A stretch of DNA of 64,000 nucleotides from Candidatus Moraniibacteriota bacterium (GTDB taxonomy: Bacteria > Patescibacteriota > Minisyncoccia > Moranbacterales > UBA1568), in the NCBI GenBank assembly GCA_016182385.1, contig JACPGV010000002.1:189190-253189 (forward strand). The letters are read 5' to 3'. Numbering within the stretch: the stretch's first letter is position 1; each line of letters opens with the position of its first letter. Made by a program: the position numbers and the translations under genes. Shown piece by piece: positions 8,497 to 15,587 of this stretch. A model generated the notes under the pieces. It did not search any database, was not told the origin of the DNA, and saw nothing but the letters and a program-made list of their open reading frames with translations.

Positions 8497-8660
8497 TTAA
8501 AGGCATTTTTGAAATCCAAAAACAAAGTGCGGTCGGCAATGCGGAAGTTCGAACCAATCTTTTTGAGAAAATCCCGAAAGGATTCGGGAATTTTTGGCGG
8601 GAACGCGTTTGTGTCGGCGCGAAGCTCGGTGAGGGAATGGTGTTTTAACCACAGTGTCTT
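8497..8660 (+). repeat. Dispersed repeat family R1, copy 1. It contains imperfect palindromes and T-arm-like GTTCGAAC motifs, and its 3' end carries the 33-bp islet direct repeat.
   Basis: 8524-8620 aligns with the reverse complement of 15158-15290. Core GGATTCGGGAATTtTTGGCGGGAAcGCgTTTGTGTCGGCGC is about 90% identical. ORFs 8409..8672(-) and 8443..8700(+) lie within the repeat. Confidence 0.6.
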
Positions 8661-8735
8661 AACCACAGACAATGGACAGAACGCAATTTTTAGTGTATAA
8701 TTTATTAGATTTTCAACTGTTAAAATCTAATAAAA

Positions 8736-9347
8736 ATGTCATTTGAAGGTTATAAAAAAGATTCCAGGGACATACATTTGAATCCTAAAGAAGGCAAAGA
8801 ACAGGCCGGGACTCTGGAATCATTGTTGGAAAAGTACAAGGACCAAAGAGTATTGGTTCTTGCGCCACCGAGTGTTGGAAAAAGTACCATCTTGCAACAT
8901 ATCAAAGATGGCGTTGACTTAGATGTAGTATTTGATGATATGCCAGAAGAGTTTAAAAGACACGTTTTACATCATGAGTGGCCATTCATGTTTGTTGATG
9001 GTGATAGGAAGGCCATAAAATACACTGAAAAGGAATTTGACCCAAATAATATTGAGCACCAAGATTATTTAAGAGAGACGACTGAATTGCTGACGGATTA
9101 TGTTCAAAGCAAGATGAATATCGAAGCGGGACATCCAGGCTTTGGAAGTACTCTTGTAGATTCTGATGTGGTGATATATTTAAAAATTTCTGAAGAGGAG
9201 CTTGAAAAAAGGATTGAGTCTCGTAATAAGAATACTCACAGACTCGTACAGATTGAAAGAGTTAAGGCGATAAAGAAAAATTTAGAAGTAGATTTAGTTA
9301 GGTTTAAATCTGAAGGTGGAGTAGTGGAAGAGATAACTATTGATTAA
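8736..9347 (+). CDS. P-loop NTPase / putative nucleotide or polynucleotide kinase (203 aa).
   Basis: Walker A-like LAPPSVGKST. AT-rich gene inside the putative islet. Immediately followed by a HAD phosphatase gene. Confidence 0.55.
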   Translation: MSFEGYKKDSRDIHLNPKEGKEQAGTLESLLEKYKDQRVLVLAPPSVGKSTILQHIKDGVDLDVVFDDMPEEFKRHVLHHEWPFMFVDGDRKAIKYTEKEFDPNNIEHQDYLRETTELLTDYVQSKMNIEAGHPGFGSTLVDSDVVIYLKISEEELEKRIESRNKNTHRLVQIERVKAIKKNLEVDLVRFKSEGGVVEEITID

Positions 9348-9909
9348 CCATATAACTGAGAAAAATATGAAAATGAAGAAAAAAATAGTTTTCTTAGACG
9401 GAGATGGAACGCTTTGGTATCCAAGTGCTACAAAGCGAACACAAAAACCTCACTGGATTTATCATGACCCCGAAACTAAAGATAACTATCTTGAACATTT
9501 AGAATTAACCCCAAAGACTAAGGAAACTCTAGAATATTTGAATAAGCAAGGTTTACTCCTTGTAGTTCTTTCAGCGAATCCCTATGCAGAAGATATTGCT
9601 ATTAAAGAAATCAAAGAAAGACTAGATCATTTTCAGTTGATTAGTCTTTTCTATACGTATAGATCTTCAGAGGGCAGCGATCCAAATGGTAAAGCATCAA
9701 TTATTCTGGAAATATTATCATCTTTAGGACTCGAGAAGCAGGACGCGCTGATGGTCGGAGATAGTTATTTTTATGATTACCTCGCAGCTAAAGATATTGG
9801 CGTGGATGCTCTCTTTGTAGAGAATAGTGTTTCAAAAATGCCAGATGAAATCCCTCAAGATTTACAGTCAATTAAAGAGATTCACGAATTAGTTGATATA
9901 CTTACCTGA
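9340..9909 (+). CDS. HAD-superfamily phosphatase (DxDGT class, PNK 3'-phosphatase-like).
   Basis: Motif I FLDGDGTLW, motif IV MVGDSYFYDY, intervening motif II/III-like S/K. 189 aa. Confidence 0.7.
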   Translation: MINHITEKNMKMKKKIVFLDGDGTLWYPSATKRTQKPHWIYHDPETKDNYLEHLELTPKTKETLEYLNKQGLLLVVLSANPYAEDIAIKEIKERLDHFQLISLFYTYRSSEGSDPNGKASIILEILSSLGLEKQDALMVGDSYFYDYLAAKDIGVDALFVENSVSKMPDEIPQDLQSIKEIHELVDILT

Positions 9910-9918
9910 TTTCTTCTT

Positions 9919-12900
9919 ATGGATGTGGATGAGAAATCTGTAAGAACAAAAATCTCGAAGTTCAATCAAGAAAGCAACGTGAGCGAATTACTCAGTTTAC
10001 TGAGTGTCACTGATTCTGACTTGGAGAAAATAATATCCTTTATCAATAAATTTATTGATAAAGGATATTTGAAATCGTTTACATTTCTTCCTCTTAAAGT
10101 TACCGATGAATATTTAGTATTTATTAATTCCTCAAATGAGGTTGAGGTGATTGATACGGATACTGTAAGCTTGAGAAAGGCGCTGAATCATATTAAGGCA
10201 TACGATAATAGCAATTTTCAATCTGAAACTGCTAGTTTAGTTTTGCGAAGCGTCCTTCTTGCCGTATCAAAATCAGAGCTCAAGTCTTATGATGTATTTA
10301 CCAGATTTAATACGGAGGTCTCGGATAAGAATACACTGAGACAACTATTGAAGGATGAAAATAATTGGATCGCTGAAAGAAGAGAAATTCAGAAAAATCT
10401 TACAGATTATTTTTATACAAGTGTAGAATCTCTATCACGAAAGATTGCTCATTCAAAACGGATAGAGAAAGGTCTCTACTGTGTTAGGGGACCTATAGCC
10501 TCAGGAAAGTCCTCATTTATTAAGAGCTTGTTAGATCAAAATATAAAGGACATTGAAGGTTTTGATGGTGTACTAAATACTGACGCTGTAAAAAGAAGGT
10601 TTGTATTAAACGCTTCAAATTACACAGGACAGATGCTTTCTGGTTATGTATTTCATGAGGAAGCATCCATTATCGGTGAAAAACTACTTGAAAAAGTTAA
10701 AGAGGCTAATTTTATTTACGTCCTCGATAGGAGAATGCAATCGGTCGATGACCTTGATGAACTTCTGCTTGATGCAGAACGAAGAAACTTGCCAGTTAAT
10801 ATTTTTGATCTAAAAGTTGATTTTATAACATCCGCATTGAGAGTTCTAGAGAGAACAGGTGTGTACCCAAGTGATCCTACACCTGATTTTTTATCACTAT
10901 ACAAAAGTTATAAAAATATAGAGGATTGCAGATTGATTTTCTTAGAGAAATCTTTAGCTTCAAAATTTGTAAAAAATTATTCCACAGTATCCGTTAATAC
11001 TAATGGTGACCCAGTAATCCTCAATCTTAAAAAGAACTATATAGTTAATAAGCAGAACTTAGTTCATGAATCAGAAGCTCGGTATATGTCGAGTATTGAA
11101 AGTTTGAAAAACCTCATTCTTTCAAATGATAAGACGCTTCAAATTACTCTAGACGAGCATTCGCGAAAGGGGCACATTCCTCGGTTATCAAGAAATGAGT
11201 ATCAAGAGGGTCTATTGCGAAATATTAAATGTACAAGTAGGACATTTGATGGAGAGTTAGATGTTTCGGCATCTAAAGATAAGCATAAGATTCTCAACAC
11301 ATCTATTTCAAAGAATGATCTGATAAAGATCACGAAAAATAATATAACAAAAGCTTTTGATTTTGTATATGATAATAAAAACATACCTATATTATCGCCA
11401 CAAGTGCTTAAAGACTTTATTGATCAAATTGCAAGAATTGTAAATCAAGAGATTATAAATGATGAAAAGCTAATAGTAAGAAGCGGAAGTAATTCCCATA
11501 AGTATTTTTATGTAGATACAAAATACGTAGAAAAGTTTTATAAATCATTTGTAAGTCAGTTGTACTATAAGCTTAGTAATCCAGCAGTTAACCCCATAGA
11601 TTTAGCGGCGTGGATTGAATGGAATATAGATTTTTGTGGACATATTTTTAGTGATGGTTGCGGGAGAATTTCAAAAATTTTGAGTACGTGGCTACTGACG
11701 AGATATAATGTTACTTTGCCAAATTATGAAAATGGACAAGATGGATTTGCAACTATTCGAGAATCATACAGAAAGAGATTCGCTATTAAATCGATTATAA
11801 ATCTTCAAATTCCCACTAATACAAAAAGCTTTTACGCTTTCGCAACCTACTATAAGAGATTGTTTGAGCCTAAGAAGACTTATAAGATTCTTGCTTCAGG
11901 CGGGTTAATTTATAATTCAGCGGGTCAGTTCTTAATACTTCAGACTAGTAAGGGTAAGGACTGCGGGAAGTGGGTTGTTCCTGGAGGTAAGCTGGATATC
12001 AATGAAGCTCCAATGGAAGCGTTTGTTCGGGAGGTCTTTGAGGAAACTGGACTTGAGATCAACAATATTCGTTTATTAGGAGTACGTGATTACACAGCAA
12101 AAAGTGGAAACCATTATCATTTTTATGACTATACCTCTTCTGTAATTGATGAAAAAAGAATAAAGATTAACGAGGAGTCCCTCGCTTTTAAGTGGATTAC
12201 GAAAGATCAGATATTAAACTTTACTTTTACGGATTCAATCACAAATTTTATTCATAAATATTTTATTTTTGAATATCTAGATATTTATCAAAAAGTAGTT
12301 AAGATTCCAGATCATAACTTCGACACACCTCATTTAATCGACCATACGATGACAACTTCGCTAGAGAATTATATCAAAAATAAACTACCGATAGATTTGA
12401 TTGATAGTAATCTAAGGATGATAGATAGTTTTGAAATACATGGTATATATCCAGATCTCAATATTTTGAATGAACTGAATCTAGACTTTACTATCACCGA
12501 GGTGCTTCATTCGAGTAAGTTAAAAAAAGACAATAGCAATAGCTTGAGACCGATGTTTTTATTAGGTGAGAGAAATTCAAAGAAGATTTTGATCTGTTGT
12601 GTAACTCCAGGGAGAGACTTACTCATACACTATGCTTCTATGATTAAGTATCATTTAAGAAATTTTCAGATTTCGATAAATGTCTATGCTTATCCTTTGG
12701 CTGAAAAAGATATCGATAAATGGACTGGTCTAGACGAAAAAATGATTATCAAGAATGATATTGTTATTCTTGGCTACAGCACTTTTTTTAAAGATCACTT
12801 TGAAAAAGATTCTGATTTTTCGGTATTAAGTACGTACCAAAACAAGTTTTATTCAGCTACTAGATTTATTTCAAAAAACGGAAAGGTAATAAATTGTCTG

Positions 12901-13455
12901 GAGGCAAACTATGGTCATTGGGGTGATATTAGTGATTTTCTAGCGCAGAAAGTATGTCAGTTGAAAGCACAGGAGATTTTGCATGTAGGAAAAGTGGGTA
13001 CCTTAAAATCTGTAAGTGAAGTATATAAAAGAATATACATACCAAAGTCATTTGTTATAGGTAGAAGAAATGAAATTATGAGCTTAGGCTTAAAGTTAAG
13101 TAATTCTATGGAGTATATAAAAGAGCATTCTTCTTTAGCTCATATTTCTGTAACTACAACAATGGAAGAAACCTTTACTCAGCGTGAACATTTTTCTAAG
13201 CAAAAAGTTCATACGATAGATATCGAATCATCAAAAATTGCTCGTGCAGTTGCTCTATATAATATTACTAACAAGACTAAGATAAAATTTGGAGCAATAC
13301 ATTTCTCTTCAGATTATTTGAAAAAATTAGAGGAGTCAGAGCAGAATGTAGGTATAGATTTATCAACCAATAGAGAGGATTTGAAATATAGAAAGCAAAA
13401 TATACTTAATGAAATCTTTTATATTATTAAGAGGCATATCATTGATAATGGGTAG
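9919..13455 (+). CDS. Multidomain 1178-aa protein: N-terminal unknown domain, zeta-toxin/PNK-like P-loop kinase, Fic/Doc-like domain, Nudix hydrolase domain, and a C-terminal ~380-aa domain possibly nucleosidase-like.
   Basis: Walker A GPIASGKSS (~aa 181). Fic-like HIFSDGCGRISK (~aa 573), close to the Fic core consensus HxFx(D/E)GNGRxxR. Nudix box GGKLDINEAPMEAFVREVFEETGLE (~aa 690). C-terminal ...ILHVGKVGTL... weakly PNP/MTAN-like. About 33% GC. Confidence 0.7.
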   Translation: MDVDEKSVRTKISKFNQESNVSELLSLLSVTDSDLEKIISFINKFIDKGYLKSFTFLPLKVTDEYLVFINSSNEVEVIDTDTVSLRKALNHIKAYDNSNFQSETASLVLRSVLLAVSKSELKSYDVFTRFNTEVSDKNTLRQLLKDENNWIAERREIQKNLTDYFYTSVESLSRKIAHSKRIEKGLYCVRGPIASGKSSFIKSLLDQNIKDIEGFDGVLNTDAVKRRFVLNASNYTGQMLSGYVFHEEASIIGEKLLEKVKEANFIYVLDRRMQSVDDLDELLLDAERRNLPVNIFDLKVDFITSALRVLERTGVYPSDPTPDFLSLYKSYKNIEDCRLIFLEKSLASKFVKNYSTVSVNTNGDPVILNLKKNYIVNKQNLVHESEARYMSSIESLKNLILSNDKTLQITLDEHSRKGHIPRLSRNEYQEGLLRNIKCTSRTFDGELDVSASKDKHKILNTSISKNDLIKITKNNITKAFDFVYDNKNIPILSPQVLKDFIDQIARIVNQEIINDEKLIVRSGSNSHKYFYVDTKYVEKFYKSFVSQLYYKLSNPAVNPIDLAAWIEWNIDFCGHIFSDGCGRISKILSTWLLTRYNVTLPNYENGQDGFATIRESYRKRFAIKSIINLQIPTNTKSFYAFATYYKRLFEPKKTYKILASGGLIYNSAGQFLILQTSKGKDCGKWVVPGGKLDINEAPMEAFVREVFEETGLEINNIRLLGVRDYTAKSGNHYHFYDYTSSVIDEKRIKINEESLAFKWITKDQILNFTFTDSITNFIHKYFIFEYLDIYQKVVKIPDHNFDTPHLIDHTMTTSLENYIKNKLPIDLIDSNLRMIDSFEIHGIYPDLNILNELNLDFTITEVLHSSKLKKDNSNSLRPMFLLGERNSKKILICCVTPGRDLLIHYASMIKYHLRNFQISINVYAYPLAEKDIDKWTGLDEKMIIKNDIVILGYSTFFKDHFEKDSDFSVLSTYQNKFYSATRFISKNGKVINCLEANYGHWGDISDFLAQKVCQLKAQEILHVGKVGTLKSVSEVYKRIYIPKSFVIGRRNEIMSLGLKLSNSMEYIKEHSSLAHISVTTTMEETFTQREHFSKQKVHTIDIESSKIARAVALYNITNKTKIKFGAIHFSSDYLKKLEESEQNVGIDLSTNREDLKYRKQNILNEIFYIIKRHIIDNG

Positions 13456-13477
13456 TTTCTAAGCCTCGCTTTTATGC

Positions 13478-13500
13478 AGATTTTTGAGACACTAGCGTGT
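13478..13500 (+). terminator. Possible hairpin terminator after the 1178-aa ORF.
   Basis: AGACAC-tagc-GTGTCT stem-loop followed by TATTTCCTT. A second hairpin ATGAGACA...TGTCTCAT lies at 13515-13542. Confidence 0.3.
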
Positions 13501-13675
13501 CTTATTTCCTTAATATGAGACATAGCCTGTATTGTGTCTCATTTGTCTCAAAAGCCTGACCCGGACACCTCAATTTGCTATACTCCAAGTACCTCCAAGA
13601 AACCCCTCAACAGCCCTATACTTCAAAGTTCTAGACCGATGTAGCCCGCAATTTTTCGAAAAGGGTTTCAGAACC

Positions 13676-13720
13676 AAAAATATGGTCGGCGTGAAGCTCG
13701 GTGAGGGAATGTGGTTTGAG
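13676..13720 (+). repeat. Partial R1 repeat copy carrying the second 33-bp direct repeat, the putative right boundary of the islet.
   Basis: 13685-13717 GTCGGCGtGAAGCTCGGTGAGGGAATGtgGTTT versus 8613-8646 GTCGGCGcGAAGCTCGGTGAGGGAATGgtGTTTT. Confidence 0.55.
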
Positions 13721-14003
13721 CTATTTCTAAAGTACGCTGTCTTTATAGGAAACCAGCCAATCAAATGTTTCCGACGGGTAATTCTCCTTTCGTTTACTGG
13801 CCGATGGGAAATTCTTTCTTTCTGTTTTTTCGCAGAATGGCCACTTGCTTTTTTTGTCGTTCCGTGCTATGATGGTTATGTTGTAAGTTTTTCTCTCTGG
13901 AGTAACTCGACATAAGGCTCAGGTTGCCAAATCTCGAATCTTCGTCAAGTAGGACCAGAAAAGGGAAGGTCACCTTACACAGTAATCAAGTGAGTAGTTC
14001 GAT

Positions 14004-14330
14004 ATGGCAACCAAATTGTATGTCGGCGGCGTTTCCTACGGTACAACCGAGGACGGTTTGCGCGATGCATTCGCACAGGCTGGTAACGTTGCTTCTGCCA
14101 AAATCATCATCGACAAAATGACTGGTCGCTCACGCGGCTTTGCTTTTGTTGAGATGGCTACCGAAGAAGAAGCCAAAAAGGCTATCGATCTTTGGAATGG
14201 TAAGGAGCTCGATGGACGCACGCTTACTGTCAACGAAGCTCGTCCTATGGAAGAGCGCGCCCCTCGCACTGGTGGATTTCGCGGCAATCGCGATTTCAAC
14301 GGTGGGAATCAAGGCGATAACCGTTGGTAA
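14004..14330 (+). CDS. RRM-type glycine-rich RNA-binding protein.
   Basis: RNP-2 LYVGGV and RNP-1 RGFAFVEM. C-terminal RGG/G-rich tail. 108 aa. Confidence 0.85.
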   Translation: MATKLYVGGVSYGTTEDGLRDAFAQAGNVASAKIIIDKMTGRSRGFAFVEMATEEEAKKAIDLWNGKELDGRTLTVNEARPMEERAPRTGGFRGNRDFNGGNQGDNRW

Positions 14331-14341
14331 GTAGAAAGGAC

Positions 14342-14368
14342 ACCCCGAGTAATCGGGGTGTTTTTTTA
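14342..14368 (+). terminator. Rho-independent terminator.
   Basis: ACCCCGAGTAATCGGGGTG hairpin followed by TTTTTTT. Confidence 0.7.
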
Positions 14369-14516
14369 TTTCCAAAACTTGACAAAAGAAAAAATATTTT
14401 TCTCAAAAGGTGTATACTTGTTGGTAGAAGAGAATCTTTTTTTGCACTTTGATATACGGCAGGGGAAAATGGTCGATACTGTCGCGTTCCTTCATTTTAT
14501 TTTTTATAAATAGAGT

Positions 14517-14888
14517 ATGGAAAAAAATATCATTACCATTCTTGGAGTCGTGTTTCTTGTTGTCGGTGTTCTTGGATTTTTCAATGATCCGTTGTTGGGT
14601 GTTTTTGACGTTGATACGGTTCATAATATCATTCATCTTCTCTCCGGAGCGCTCGCGCTTGTTGTTGTTGGTATGGGAGCGGAAGCTTTGCGCATGTACG
14701 CCAAAATCTTCGGGGCGGTGTATGGTGTGGTGGGAGCAGTCGGCTTCCTTACGTCGGGTGATATGATTTTGGGTCTTTTTATGTCCAATACGGCTGGAGA
14801 TGTCTTGCATCTCGCGTTGGCAGTTGTTTTGTTGTATGTCGGATTCGGTCGACCGTCACATCGTGATCCGATAGTGACTTCTATGTAG
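14517..14888 (+). CDS. Small integral membrane protein (DUF4383-like, 4 TM).
   Basis: 123 aa, four hydrophobic helices, Gly-rich. Confidence 0.55.
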   Translation: MEKNIITILGVVFLVVGVLGFFNDPLLGVFDVDTVHNIIHLLSGALALVVVGMGAEALRMYAKIFGAVYGVVGAVGFLTSGDMILGLFMSNTAGDVLHLALAVVLLYVGFGRPSHRDPIVTSM

Positions 14889-15026
14889 TTGATTCTTGGG
14901 GGAGAATCGGTGATATTTTTGGAAGAATTTGGTTTTGTTTTTCTTGTTTTCACAAGGAATTATTTTGGCTTGATTCAAAAGAAAAAAATTGCTAGGCTAA
15001 AGAATATCAAATCATGAAAAGAATAA

Positions 15027-15117
15027 GGAAAGGTGGCCGAGCTGGCTGAAGGCACCACACTGCTAACGTGGCAGGGGATAAAACCCCTCGAGGGTTCGAA
15101 TCCCTCCCTTTCCGCCA
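15027..15117 (+). tRNA. tRNA-Ser (anticodon GCT), type II with encoded CCA.
   Basis: GGAAAGG acceptor, GCC/GGC D-stem, anticodon stem CCACA/CGTGG with loop CTGCTAA, long variable arm AGGGGATAAAACCCCTC, T-arm GAGGG-TTCGAAT-CCCTC, CCTTTCC-G-CCA. Confidence 0.8.
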
Positions 15118-15300
15118 AAATTGAAAATCGGAATCGGAAGCCGAAATGGGGTCGGCGCGAAGCGCCGACACAAAAGCATTCCCGCCAAGAATTCCCGAAT
15201 CCAAAAGGTTTTTCCACGCTCCGCGTGGCTCAAAAAAGACGGTTCGATCCTTAATTTGAAAGTTCGAACCGACTTTTTTGAACAAATGAAGTTTTGCTTC
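15112..15300 (-). repeat. tRNA-Ser(GCT) 3'-flank repeat (att-like, 15112-15149) followed by an inverted copy of repeat family R1 (15158-15290).
   Basis: 15112-15149 recurs at 19472-19509 (33/38 identical). 15158-15290 is the reverse complement of 8524-8620. Internal imperfect palindrome AAAAAGTCGGTTCGAAC...GATCGAACCGTCTTTTTT. Confidence 0.6.
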
Positions 15301-15587
15301 ATTTGTTCCCTCGTTTGCCAATTCCATATTGTATTTCAAAAACTTTTCCGTAAGTTCGAACCGATTATTCGCTTTTTGCTCAAAAGCCGATAATTTCTCT
15401 TTGAGAAGCTGTTTTTCGTTCATTAACTTATTTTTCATATCTCGATATTCTTCAAGCGACAAGGCGTTTTCGAGATAAGCGCTATGATGTAAGCTCCTAT
15501 CTGGACAAGGAGGGCTTTGAGAAAATGAATAGTAAGCTGAAGTAGTCTGAAATTGGAGAGAAGTCCTCTTTATGCTAAAATGGAACT

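Larger units (their letters stand above)
8613..13717 (+). mobile_element. Putative AT-rich genomic islet (kinase, HAD phosphatase, kinase-Fic-Nudix giant protein) bounded by 33-bp direct repeats, next to tRNA-Ser(TGA). No integrase detected.
   Basis: Direct repeats at 8613-8646 and 13685-13717. Visibly lower GC (~33%) than flanks (~47%). tRNA-Ser lies 190 bp upstream. Confidence 0.4.

Noticed and set aside
8409-8700. ORFs 8409..8672(-) and 8443..8700(+) after tRNA-Ser(TGA).
   Set aside because: Both lie entirely within the palindromic R1 repeat and overlap the tRNA. The peptide similarities to the 15 kb copy arise on both strands because of the palindrome. They were treated as repeat sequence, not genes.
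13532-13915. 127-aa plus-strand ORF in the intergenic region after the giant ORF.
   Set aside because: It spans the R1 repeat copy and hairpins. It is Cys/Phe-rich with a noncoding-like composition and no translation signals.
15007-15462. 151-aa minus-strand ORF spanning tRNA-Ser(GCT).
   Set aside because: Its C-terminal two-thirds are antisense to the tRNA and to the R1 repeat. Only the first ~55 codons look protein-like (noted separately as a possible gene remnant).
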